A stretch of 64,000 nucleotides of DNA, from NCBI RefSeq assembly GCF_046119375.1, contig NW_027362768.1, forward strand, positions 367,598,001-367,662,000. The letters are read 5' to 3'. Source of the DNA: Phyllobates terribilis. Taxonomy: Eukaryota. Shown here piece after piece: positions 38,801 through 51,400 of this stretch; position 1 is the stretch's first letter, and every line of letters begins with the position of its first letter. A program made the position numbers and the translations under genes. The notes beneath the pieces were generated by a model that was not told the DNA's origin, searched no databases, and saw nothing but the letters and a program-made list of their open reading frames with translations.

Positions 38801-41800
38801 TTAACCTGCACTTTTTCCCCTTTAGCTGTAGCCTGTTTTCTCTGCCCTCCCTAGCACTGTACATGCTTCCTCCCCTTTCCACTGCAGATCTCTGTACAAA
38901 ACTGTCTCTGTTGCTATCTCTAACACTGAAAGAAGGGTAGAGCAGATAGAGTCAAGAAGAGCAGGTGGTTTGATGGGTTTGTAACATTTCTGCAGAGCAA
39001 TGAGCTGGATAAAGGGCTTATGGACAATTTGCAACAGCAAAATGGTTGGAAATTGTTAATGAAGACTATTTAAAAAGTTGCTTAATTTTTCATTTAGGAA
39101 GCAAATAAACAGTAAAGAAAATATCTGTAAAGATTGCAGTATCTGGATTTTAATGCTAGTGATAGCCAAAACTGAAGCACCATATGCATAACATATACAG
39201 ACTCACCCTGCAGAGGACAATCTGTTTGCCCCTTCTCCAGCATCATGTCAGCACCGGACATCATGCCAGATACATCCCACAATGCAATGTGACCATCCGT
39301 AGCTCCACTGCACAGCATGACTCTAAGATAAAGGGAAAACATATTTATCTGGTGGCCGGCTATAATAAAGATACAACATGGAGTAATGGGGAATAATGCA
39401 CATCCTGACATCCTCAGGTGTCCGATGCATCAGTGAGGCCTTTATAATGAGCTGACTTCATCATCTATCCTCATCTATCAGCCACAGCGAAGAACATCCG
39501 ACTTCTGAATATGGAGGACTCAACTACAAATATGTCACATGGTCGCTAATTCATTTCAATGGGGTCCATGTAATACTATATTTCTCCTGTAGAGGTCGCT
39601 GTAGGATAGGATATTTGACTATCGGGAGCTTTCCCAGTTGGTCGCCAGGGATTTTGTCCACTAGAAAGGGTTAAAAAAAAAAAAAAAAAATAGTCATTGA
39701 TATAAGACATACAACATCTTTTTCTGGCATCTTACCTTGATTCGGTGCCAGAAGTATGGACGAACGTCTCTACTTTCAGTACACAGCGCTGGTGGTAAAA
39801 GGACTCTGCTATCAGTCTCATCTGCTGAGAGCTCTCACTCATCACAAAGAATCTACAGAAACATAAAAACCATCAAGTAACTAAATGACATGATGGGTCA
39901 TAAAGAAGCAAGATGGCACAAGATGAACGCACATGACCACTTTATTATGTGTGTCCTCCTCTGTGCAGGTGCAGAAGAGCAGCCGATACCCGTCTGTCAG
40001 TCACAGCTCTGCACAGAAGAGAATGCAGCCAAGGAAGCGACCGTGCGGGCAAATCTAGTGACTGCATTCATACTGACCGCTATGATGCGGGAGCGCAACG
40101 TTGCTGCTGCTTTTTTTCTATTAGAAGGCAAAATGCATGAACACAATGAAAATATTGGATCTAGACTGATTTGTCACTCAATGAAATATACTTACAAAAT
40201 GAAGGTTTTTAGAGCATAATTTGGCTAATTCGTGTGTGCCCATCAACCACGACAAGGTAACCTCCATCTGATGGGTTACTATCTATCTTTTTTACAGTGT
40301 TTGTAGTCATTGCAGAGACTTGCTGGTCAGTTTCTTGCTATATTTAACATTGAGGTTTGACAGCCTCTTTTCTGACCATGCACTCCTCCCACTGAACCAC
40401 AGGTGGTTTTAATAGCCTAAGCAGAGACATGCTGTCCATTTATATAGGCTTATAGCCCAAGAGTGGCATATCCAGTGGTAGAGTAGTTACCCATCAGACA
40501 GAGGTTACCTTGTCATGGTTGATGGGCATACATGAATTGGCAAAATTATGCGCTAAAAACCTTCATTTTGTAAGTATATTTCATTGAGTGACAAATCAGT
40601 CTAGATCCAATATTTTCATTGTATTCGTGCATTTTGCCTTCTAATATAATATATTGCTGCTGCTTTTTCTATCTTTTTTACAGTGTCTGCCAAATGGCAC
40701 CCACCAATACCTAGAATAGGATAAAAAGCACATGCATGTGCGCTACCTCTCTATTGAATGTCTATGGAACTGCCGGAAAGACCCAAGTGCTGTACTCTCC
40801 AGCAGTTACACAAAGCCCAAATGCCACACAAGCACAGCAGTCACCCCATTCCTAGGGATGTCAAACTCAAATACACAGAGGGCCAAAATTAAAAGCTTGG
40901 ACAAAGTCGAGGGCCAACATCCATATAGTATAATGGCCCCACATAGTGCTCCATAAAGTATAATGGCCCCACATAGTGCTCCATAAAGTATAATGGCCCC
41001 ACATAGTGCTCCATAAAGTATAGTGGCCCCACATAGTCCTCCATACAAAATAATGGCTCTGTCTGGCATTGCGGGCCAAATATACTCACCCTGCGGGCCA
41101 GAGTTTGACATGTGTGCTCTAGACCATTTCAAAGCCTCTTTCTAGGCATTGGTGCACCCCCATCTTCACAGATAACTACCTAGCCTTCGATAGGTGATGA
41201 CTTTTAATGATGAGAATAACCCTTTAAATACTCATCAATTAATGGGAACATCATCGTTAATTCACTTTGGTTGATATGCACACACCTGACGGATCCATCA
41301 CTGCAGGCAGCGGCTAGATACACAGAGGAGGACGCAGGTTTCATGCTATCTGGAATCTGGTCCACTGTTGTGACCGACATGTATCTGACAAAAAGAAGAC
41401 GAAAATATGTGATATTAAAAATAGTGGAAAATCTGCATATGCACTGCAGGAAACAGTGAAATGCTGTATAATGTTAAATGCTATCAGTCCCATTGAAGTT
41501 GCATAAAGCAGAGGTGCACATGCTCGCCCTCTGCTCCATTCTTGGGACTGGATGGGTCCCCAGCATTTAGTCCTATGGATAGGGGATAAGTTTCAATCTT
41601 GGAAAATCCCCTTAAATTTAGAGTAGGTATAACCAACACCTCCCCCCATTCCATGCAAATGACAGACCCCCTGTTACGAGAGCGTTACCTGGTTTCCGGA
41701 TCCATCTTCCGCATCCTGTGTTTATTCTTGATTCTATCCCAATGTTCGTCCAGTCGGTGGGAAGCTAAGTGGGTGACTTGACATGTAATGCTGCCATTAA

Positions 41801-44800
41801 TCTCCTTCGATTGAATCGACAACCGATAGACCTCAATCTGAGCTCTGCCCCCGGCGGTGAACAGAAGAGTAGAAAGGACACCATCTTTATATTCAGTCCT
41901 GGCTAAAGCCAAAGTTTTCACACTGGAGAGATGGTCACTTATGGTTGAAAGGCAATAAAATTGTTTGGAACAGAAGGCCCAGATATTGATGGTGGTGTCT
42001 TCACTGCTTGTGATAAGGACGTCAATACAATCCTCAATATAATTATTAACCCTCCCGACATACTTAACACTCGTCAGTTCTCGGCCATGTAAGGGCTCCT
42101 TTACTACATTCTGGATTCTTTCAACCTGTTGACTACGGTGGGCAAACACATCACCAGATTTGATATAGGTGAAAACTTCCTTTGTAGCGTCCTTCTTGTA
42201 GCTCCAAGACCTGTGTCCTCCACCACAAGGAACGCAAAGCAGCTTCTCATTAGTTCTTGTACTCCACACCACAAAGTCTGTGGAGTGGAAACCAAGGATG
42301 TGTAAATCTCCATCGGGGGTAAAGGACACTCTTTCGATCCACTCCATCCCTTTGCAAGACTTGAATTTTCGGAGCAGGAACAACTGGTTTCCTTCCACCT
42401 TCAACTGGCGGCAAGAACCGTCTCGACCACTGCTGTACACAAAGCCATTATGGTACTTCACCGATGTGACACCCAATTTGCCATGAAGGCCAAAGAGAAC
42501 ATGGACCGGCTCTTTTTCATGTCCTTTTGAAGGGTTGTGGGAGCTTTGCAAAACCTGAAAAAGCATTAAGGATCCTCTACGGTCACCACAGACAATCAAG
42601 CCTTCTTTGGGTACAAGGGCAATGCTGGTGTGCCACCTCTGCTTGCAGGTGGGTAGAAGAAACCTACAGTTCTCTGTGACAGATGTGATATCTCCAGACA
42701 CACAGGTGACCTCAAGCCAAACCATTATTCCATTAGGACCAGAAGAAAACAGGCTGCAAGTGTCTAAAGATGGAGATGGAGTAACCCATGTCAGACTGTG
42801 CACTTTACCTTCGTGATGCTTCAACTCTTGGCAAGTCTGAGCAGACGAAAGTGAGAAGATCTTCACACTGCCGGTTAAGTTACCGATGGCACATAAGGTG
42901 GAATCCCCCAACCTGACCACTTCTAGGAGACCGTACGATTTATAGGTCCTATCCTCCAGTACTAAGGTCCATTGCTTGCTGATAAAATCATATGTGAATA
43001 TAAAACCCAAGTTTGTCATGATCATAAGACAATTGATATCCGCCAACATGACTGCCTTGGGGGTACCAACATATTTGGAGGCATCAAAATTTAGATTCAA
43101 TAGGTTGCAAGAGGGGGAAGATTTTTCCTTAATTTGCCAAAGACGGATACCACAGTCTGCTCCACCAGTTGCCACCAAACTAAGCCGATCTTGGATGGCG
43201 ACAGCTCTTATGCCTCGACCTTTGTGTCCTTTGAAGTTATGGATGATATCACCACTGTAGCTCCACACGATACAAGCAGAGTCTTCTCCAATACTGATTA
43301 TGTTGTCTGAGAGGAGTCTGACTGACCACACTCGTGCTTGGTGCCCATACAATACAAGAAGACACTGGACTTCTGGATCGCAGCTAGTAAGGCTGCCGAC
43401 CTTCCACACCCTGAGGCTGCGGTCATCAGAGGCTGAAGCTAAAATACCTCTTTGTGCTTCATAATAAATGCTAAAAATTACACCATTGTGTCCACTTATT
43501 CTCCTCCGAGGTTCTACTGTTCCCTCTTCATTGGTTTGGTCACACATTCCCCATATGACAAGCTGGTTGAACACAGTCCCAGAGATCAACGTAAGCTCTT
43601 TCCAAGTTCTTCCCACAAAATGAGCAGAATACAAGATACATTTTTCCGAGCAGTGAATTTCCTTCAGGACTTTTCCTTTCCTGTAATCATAGTAAGCTAC
43701 AGAGTTGTGACCCAAGGCTATGCCAAGGTAAGCGATGGGCTGAGACTCGTCTCCAAGCCACTGAATGTCCCAGATCCAATCATGCAGCTCTCGGAGCTCA
43801 CAGACTCTGGACAGGCTTATTTCTTGATCTCTGCTGCTGAAATCCAGGACAATAAGACCCTTACTTCCAAAAACACACAAGATGGCGCAGTCTGGGGCTT
43901 CAGTACTGAAGGTCTTTATTCCATGAATGACGTAACCATTGAGTACAGTCTCCTTAAGCCTCCAAGGAGTCAAACTTCTGCTTCTCAAGCTATAAACGGT
44001 CAGATTAGGACCTTCCCCTAGGAAATAAAAGACATAACCTCTATTGTAATACAGCTTTATATTATATGGACATTATTGACTAGTACAGGTCTTTCTAGGC
44101 CCATAAACAGTAAACCTCTCTGACTACACAGCAATAATGGAGCTGGGTTGTATGGTTACAAATTAGGACGATGTGAAAGATAGGTGATAACAAGATGTTT
44201 TCTGGGAAAGCTGCATTGTCAGCCATCACAGTAAGCCAGCGCATTTCAGAGAAAAATATACCTGAATGCAATTGTGCAGCCAAACTAGGATTCATGCAGC
44301 CAGCGGTGTAGGCATCATAAATCATAAGACAGGTTTCCTTTAAAGATCATTAGCTATTGAGTCTGATAGTTTCTGAGACTTTGATAACAGCAACTACTTG
44401 TGATTGACCCTTGCAAACGGTCTTATGCTTTGTTATGTATGTGACTTTCAGACTTTTTTTATGTTTGCCAAAAACTACCAAAAGTGCATTTCAACTGCTA
44501 TAGTACTTGAGCTTAGTGTCTAACATACTCCTGGTATAACTCACTGACATTTGTATGCTGTATTGTCATTTACAGGTTTAGAAAAAAAAATTAGCTAGGT
44601 TTCTGTTTCGTTGAAAACATATTGCATTCCCTGTGCTCTTGAAAGCTAAGTGACATTTGTTGAAGCTTCATTGGCAGCCATATTTGTCACACAGCTGCCT
44701 AAAAACCAAGATGTGGGTAAAGTCAACCAAAACAAACGTTATATTATATATTACAATCTGGATTCCTTATCAGTTTGTGGGAGGAAACAGAAGCAAACAA

Positions 44801-45620
44801 GATCTTAGGATGTATAAAAAGAGAGATAAATTCCCGCGATCCCAACGTATTGTTACCCCTTTATAAATCACAGGTGAGGTCACATCTAGAATAAAGAATT
44901 TAGTTTTGGGCTCCACATTTTAAAGAGGATATTCAGAAGTTAGAGTTAGTTCAAAAGCAGCAACTAGACTATTACAAGGGATGAAGGCCTCTCCTATATT
45001 ACACAGGATGGAGGCCTCTCATATGATGAGAGGTTGGAAAAGTTGGGCTTGTTTAGCTTAGAAAAACGACGCCTCAGAGGAGATCTCATTTACATGTATA
45101 AATATGTGTGTGGTCAGTACAAAGGACGGCACATGACTTATTCCTTCCAAAGACCATACTAAGGACCAGGGGGCGCTCATTAAGGGTGGAAGAAAGGTGA
45201 TTCCAGCACTTAAACAGGAAAGGGTTCTTTACAGTCAGAGCAGGGGGACTGTGGAATACCGACCACAAGAGGTAGTGGTGATTGACACTATAACAGCTTT
45301 ATACAAGGGCTGGATGATTTCCTCGATACACATAACATTGTGGGCTACAGTTAAATTAGACAACATGTACAATTGGGGAAGGAAGATTGAACTTGATGGA
45401 CCGCAGTCTTTATTCAACCAAAGTAACCTGGAGGAAACCCATGCAAACACAGGGAGAACATACAAACTCCCCCTGCAGATGTTGTCACTGCTGGGATATG
45501 ACATATACATACACACAGCATGTATCATACAAACATTATCCTCTAGATCTTACCAGCCAGGAGATGATGACCCACAAACTCCAGTGCAGTAATGGGAGCC
45601 ACCAGTAGCTGTGACTCCAT
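29815..45620 (-). CDS. WDR6: WD repeat-containing protein 6 (Trm734 homolog, FTSJ1 partner), 6 coding exons, 1053 aa
   Basis: Exons 45620-45554, 44017-41689, 41384-41286, 39852-39736, 39322-39207 and 30248-29815. All introns are GT-AG, phases are consistent and the total is 3162 nt. Features include [15 protein letters not shown], many WD repeats ([28 protein letters not shown]), [17 protein letters not shown] and the large exon 2 typical of WDR6. Confidence 0.95.
31622..39090. mobile_element. TTAA-type (T2/Kolobok-like) MITE expanded by an internal 7 kb minisatellite
   Basis: Starts TTAAGCTATGGACACCTTTGACATGG. Sequence on both sides of the array (31626-31800 and 38745-39090) aligns by eye with the reverse complement of 60395-60915. 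Confidence 0.75.
31803..38740. repeat. 37/39 bp minisatellite in WDR6 intron 5, about 180 units
   Basis: Unit CCCAGTAATATAG(GCTGT/ATTGG/GCAGT/GCTGG)ATGTGAGGTCTG(TG)TGTCTCT, with degenerate units at the right edge. Confidence 0.97.
40119..40646. mobile_element. Long-armed inverted-repeat element (MITE-like)
   Basis: Arms of about 165 bp (TATTAGAAGGCAAAATGCA...TGCATTTTGCCTTCTAATA) around a spacer of about 200 bp. Confidence 0.8.
40853..41116. mobile_element. hAT-like MITE with an internal 30 bp tandem repeat (x4)
   Basis: TAGGGATGTCAAACTC...GAGTTTGACATGTGTG, an 11 bp matching TIR core, and internal (ATAATGGCCCCACATAGTGCTCCATAAAGT)n. No clear TSD. Confidence 0.65.
44875..45430 (+). mobile_element. 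CR1 LINE 3' fragment, antisense within the first coding intron of WDR6
   Basis: Degenerate translation resembles VRSHLE...FWAPHFK...[26 protein letters not shown]...KGFFTVRA, and the fragment ends with the CR1-like TGAACTTGATGGAC...TTCAACC. Confidence 0.85.
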
Positions 45621-45640
45621 CTTGGTGTTACCGTGGAGCC

Positions 45641-45673
45641 TCATCCAGAGGGGTCTCCCACAGGTGCCGCCAT
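45641..45673 (-). promoter_or_regulatory. Upstream ORF (MAAPVGDPSG*) in the WDR6 5' UTR
   Basis: ATG at 45673, 4 nt into the exon after acceptor TTTTACTTCTAG. TGA ends at 45641, 20 nt before the main ATG, and is out of frame with it. Confidence 0.6.
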
Positions 45674-46272
45674 TAGTCTAGAAGTAAAAAAAAAAAAGAA
45701 TTTTCTCAACATTGATCCCCTACACGCCACAATCTAGGGGGATCAATGCCCAGATCACAGATTCAAAATTGTATCTACAATCAGATGAGCATTATTTCTG
45801 CACATGTTGCTCAGAGGCTGTGGGTTGTGTGGCTTATTTCTATGGACGTGAATGGAGCCGAGCTGTAATGCCGCATACATCCTGTGGACAGAGGTGGCGC
45901 TGTTATAACCCTGTTATTAATTTATAATATGTATCTGTTAATGGTCAACTTAAGGCTCTTTGCAAGAAAATGCTACTCCAACCCTGCCCTGCTGGGAGTT
46001 GTAGTGTTCTGGCTGGATTGTTCACTACTGCACCACAACATGTAGACCTTCATTATAACTTTGTGAGTTTTGTACGCCCATTAGGAAAGGCAGATCAGGT
46101 GGAGAAACACAAGTCACAGCATGCCTTGTATAGGCATGAGCTTCCCCACTGCTCTGCAGTGTTACTAATCAACATGATTTCTGCTCCTCTTCTGCAGTGA
46201 CACAATTATGGTCCCATGTCTCACATTCACATTGCCATTTGATCCTTGAGCTGCCAGGCTTTTCATACTCAC

Positions 46273-46490
46273 GCGTTTTTTTTCTATAGCTGCACTTCCG
46301 GGTTTGGCACGTGTTTCCGCTCAATCCTTCCATCCTATCACAAAGCAGAATACTCCAGCCTCCAGGAATGTTAGCTGAATGCTGATTGGATGGTTGGTGA
46401 CAGAGCCGGAAAGAATGCCCAGAAGCCGTTGCCAGGTGATGAGTCGCTGGGAGCACGTGACTTGCAGAACCCAATGATTTGAAATGCGAG
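46273..46490 (-). promoter_or_regulatory. Probable WDR6 promoter and non-coding first exon
   Basis: Donor GTGAGT at 46272-46267, CCGGAAGT at 46294-46301, E-boxes CACGTG at 46308-46313 and 46454-46459, CCAAT at 46385-46389 and 46471-46475, locally CpG-rich. Confidence 0.6.
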
Positions 46491-46795
46491 TAGTAATAAG
46501 TGTATAATAGCGGGAAATCACCTGTGATTATTGAGGCTCTTGTCCTAATTGAGTGATTATGTGGCGTACACCTGATTATTCCTCACTGACTGTTTAGTTA
46601 TTTGCAATTTACAGCTACTGATGTCAGCAGTCAGTGCTGCAGTGTAAAGCATGGGGGAAATTATAGATTCAGCAGCCTGAGTCTCTGAAGACGAGCTCCC
46701 TAAGCTGGAGTCACTGATCACAGCTGAGCCCCAAAGTCTGGAGTTTCATGGTTGCATTTTAATAGAACTTTGTTGGGGGTCTATCATTTATTTAA

Positions 46796-47350
46796 CCCCT
46801 TCTTGATGGGGCAATTTTCATTTTTTGCGCTTTCATTTGTTGTCCTCCTCTTCTCCCAAGAGGTTTTAATTTTCCCCTCTACATCACCGTCTGAGGTTTG
46901 TTTTGTTCGGGACGAGTTGTAGTTTAAATGACACCTTTCATTTTACCATATAATGTCCTGGAAAATAGGCCAAAAAATACTAATGGGGCGGAATGATAAA
47001 AAAAGCGATTCCACCATTGTATTTGTGAGTCTAATTTTTACTGCGTTTTGTGCTGTAAAAACGGCCTGAAACGTGACGATTCTCCAGGTCGGTGCCATCT
47101 CGGCCATTTAAACATTTTTTTTTTTTTAATTCTGTAGAAAAAAAAAATAGTGTCTCCATATTTTTGTGACCCATAACTTTTCCATAAATGGAGCTGTGTG
47201 ATTGATACTTTTGCACGCAGAGCTAATAATTGTATTTTTTCCATTTTGGGGTGCATGCCTTGTTTTGATCACTTTTTATTGCATTTTGGAGGGTGAAATT
47301 GCAGTGATTTTTTTTTTTTTCAGTGTTTAACGTACAGGTTAATAATCTTA
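46796..47350. mobile_element. TTAA-CCC-terminated (piggyBac-like) non-autonomous element fragment
   Basis: TTAACCCCTT terminus at 46792-46801 followed by T-rich internal sequence. The other end was not found. Confidence 0.35.
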
Positions 47351-48250
47351 TATATTGGCAGTGGACTTTTACACACACAATGATATCAAATACTGGTTGT
47401 AGACTTTCTAGAGCATTTCTGCACCTATTTGCTATATTTTTTTAATTGCTTTTTTATCACATTTTTGACACTGGTTTTTGTCTCTTTTTGGTATGTCATG
47501 TTTTAAATTCAGCTGCTTCTTTTTTTATGCTTCCTAGTATTTGGCTTTGACAAAACTTTATTGATCCAGTTGTGTGGGGGTTTTTTTTTACATCTAATGC
47601 AATTCTATGGGGAAAATCTGCACATAAAACTCAGTGCAAGAGAATTTTACATGTTGCGGATTTCAAAAACGCTCCGCAGGTCAGTTTACACAGTGTAAAA
47701 AAAACAAACTATGGGCATGAGATTTCTATAAATTCTTCCACTTTCTTGTATTTTTTTGCCTAGCATCAAAAACTCATCATGGAAACATAACCTAAGAAGT
47801 TATTCATGCCGAATAACTATACACATTGAAAACAAATATCAATGGGGTTGTTATCCTCCACAGTTTTTGGGACACATCCACCCATTGATATGACACTTAT
47901 CGAACCAGTTTTGGACATTGCTTCCGACTGAAAAAAAACGCAATGCAAATTTCCAATTGAAAACAGTGGGACTTGTTTTATACGCGTGCGAAAAAAGGAT
48001 GGGGGAACCCTTTTGTGTAAAGATTCGTCATCCCATCCTGCTGGGAGGTTCAGCCAGCTTTGCTCCTCTGTGTATGGCCACCAATTCAATCTTACATTTC
48101 TGAGCTTAATGATAAGCCATAAATATACATAACGGAAAAGAACCCCCTTTTAAGTCGTAATCTTGGTGGCGAGGCCCCAGATCTTCAAACTGCAGCGTCA
48201 GGAAATTAGAACATAAAACCGTAAAGGGGAGTAAGAATTAAAGAACAGAC

Positions 48251-48256
48251 TTTATT
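48251..48256 (-). terminator. Likely SLC26A6 polyadenylation signal
   Basis: AATAAA on the minus strand about 190 nt after the stop codon, followed by GTCTGTTCTTT. Confidence 0.55.
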
Positions 48257-48443
48257 TACAGATCTATACATTTCATCATCGTGACATACGACCAGGTACA
48301 TTCACGCCCGATATACACAATAGTCGTGTCCAGCGATAGGACCAACATTTATTAATGCACAATCATTATCTGTAGAAGATTGAACTATTGTGAATTATAG
48401 GCAGAAAACACACAGTGCTTGCTTCATTCATCAGTCGTATGGA

Positions 48444-51400
48444 TTATAGACTTGTATCTGGATCTTTCTGTAAGAAAGAGGGAGGTTAATAATATATATT
48501 AATCATTAGACCACACAGGGTGAGTGCACTTGATTAAAACAAACAGGGTATGTACACTGTTGTAACCATTGCATACAGAATTTTAAAAAAGAAGCAACTT
48601 TGCTAATAATTTTTATTAAAAATCTACCATTTTGTGCATGGAGCTCCTATGTAGAGCTATGTGTCATTATGGTAACAGACAAACACACTCTGTGTAGTCA
48701 GATCCTGTAGTCATGTATTGCTTCATTTGCACAGTGCAAAGTTACCTTCATTCAGGTGAATGGGTGTTATAGGCGTCTCCGAATGGTGCAACAAAGCATA
48801 AATAATGAGCCCTTGGCTCCACAGAGCCACAATATTACTTGTTAGGAGAATAGAGCGTCCTCCCTGTGATTAGTTTACCTTCCATAGGCCACGTTCACAC
48901 GTTCAGTATTTGGTCAGTATTTTACATCAGTATTTGTAAGCCAAAATCAGGAGTGGAACAATCAGTGGAAAAGTATAATAGAAACACATCACCACTTCTG
49001 TATTTATCACCCACTCCTGGTTTTGGCTTACAGATACTGATGTAAAATACTGACCAAATACTGAACGTGTGAACGTGGCCATAGGGCAATAGCTAAAGCA
49101 GCTCCACAGTGTCAGGACTCTGCAAACAGCACCTCATATCTCGGCTTCCCGGGGTGGAGTATTATACCGCATATACAGACAGTTGAACCCCTCTTCCCTC
49201 ACTCACGTTGGCTTCATGAATGGAAATCTGCTCATGGTCCATTGTCAGATAGGTAACAGCATCGTGGATAGAGGGGAAGATTTGAGACTTGGTGAAATTT
49301 TCATTAAATAGGTTCCCGTCCTCCAGTCCTTTTATCACGGTCGCTGATGGAATAAACATATAGCATTTTATTTAGAACTAGGGACCATAGGGATTTTCAC
49401 CCGAATTTTCCAGACCCCGAAATTACTTATCTGTACAGTTTCACAGTGACGCATCCCCTCCACCATTGCCACACATGACCACCACATAAATTACTATTCT
49501 TATTATTATGTCTTTACCATTGCAGCCAGCCAGGTAGACGTCCACTTCAATCTCTGCAAAATTTTTGAAGATCTGAAAAAGATAAAAATTAAAAAAAAAA
49601 AATAATAATAATAATAATAATAATAATAATTTAGGGAAGCTGAAAAAAGATTTTCTACATCCCTCACAATAGAGTTATGCAAAAAAAAAAATCTACTTTC
49701 TTCATCTACCAAACTAGTGGGAATAGGTGTCTGTAATATGACTGTGAATAAGGCTGTCAGGTCTTGTTCTGGACCATGTAAATAAGGTTGTCAAGTCTCA
49801 TCCCAATTCTGGACTGTATGAATACAGTTTTCAGGTTTTATTTTGGACTCTGTGAATAAGATTGTCAGGACCTTATCCTATTTCTAACATTTTTTCAGGA
49901 CTCTCCTGGACCCTACATGACTTACAAATTCTTAGAAATTGATTGGGATGTCATCTGACAACTCTGTTCGCACATACTTCGCTCTCACGGAGGTTGAAAA
50001 GACCACCACCAACCCCTGTAGCCCCTCTCACTGTATAATAAAACCTGACTTTCTTTTTTTGTTTTTTTTTTTACATAAATTCAATATTCAGTAAACTTAC
50101 TTTTCTTAAAACACTGACACAGACGGTATCCACAAAATTAACCGAAGAGAAATCCAATATTAATGAGTCGAAATCGGGTTTCTCCAGCCCCAGCGACTTC
50201 AGGGTGTTCTTTGCAGAGGTCTCTTCATTGGCAGCGTGACCCGGTACAACTATAATGGATCCCTCAGTCATATCCTGCTCCTTGTGCTATTGGGAGATAG
50301 AATAAATCATGGACTGTAAGGCGTTCCTGACCTTATTTACATCGTTGTAAAACTACAACTCCCAGCATTCAGCTGTCTAAAATGCAACTTTTTACTTGGC
50401 ATAAATGACATAAATGAAAGAAAATGAATAGTTACCTCTTGTATCTCATATTCTAGTTTTCCAAGATCGAGGCGGTCAAAGGCGATGTTGTCATGTCCTG
50501 TTATCTACGAGACAGATGATATATCGGGTTTATGGTAAGAGAAGACGCCATATTCACCAGAAAATGGAATTAGCAATTTTGGTGACTTTAACGCAGCTGT
50601 CATGCAGCAATAGTGGCGTTGCATGGGTAGATTGGTCAGATTTTTGCGAAAGGGGAATGAAGGGGACGCAGCTCAGGGATAGCCACACTCTCACCTTCTT
50701 GGCCTCATTCTCCTTCTTGGCTTTTTTCATTGCTTTAAGTGCTCTTTTTATTGTTTTCTTTATCGCTTTCCTCTTCTTCTCGATCAGCTTCTCCACATCT
50801 ACTCCGCACTATATAGGAGATATGGACAGACAGACATCAGCCGTGTGCCTCACCTATTCATTAGCCTATTCACTAGTACTGCTACAATACACAGTGCCCA
50901 TGCACATAGAGGTAGTGTGCCAATCAGCCAGTTCTGCAACTATATACAGTGCCAATGAACATAGCAGTAGTGTGCAAGGCAGCTCTGCTGTGTATATAGT
51001 GCCCGTGCACATAGCTGCAGCGTGCCAGACAGTTGTGCTGTGTATATAGTGCCCGTGCACATAGCTGCAGCGTGCCAGACAGTTGTGCTGTGTATATAGT
51101 GCCCGTGCACATAGCTGCAGCGTGCCAGACAGTTGTGCTGTGTATATAGTGCCCGTGCACATAGCTGCAGCGTGCCAGACAGTTGTGCTGTGTATATAGT
51201 GCCCGTGCACATAGCCGCAGCGTGCCAGACAGTAGTGCTGTGTATATAGTGCCCGTGCACATAGCCGCAGCGTGCCAGACAGTAGTGCTGTGTATATAGT
51301 GCCCGTGCACATAGCCGCAGCGTGCCAGACAGTTGTGCTGTGTATATAGTGCCCGTGCACATAGCCGCAGCATGCCAGACAGTTGTGTTGTGTATATAGT

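Noticed and set aside
43452-44021. 189 aa plus-strand ORF
   Set aside because: It is the antisense shadow of WDR6 exon 2 with no independent support.
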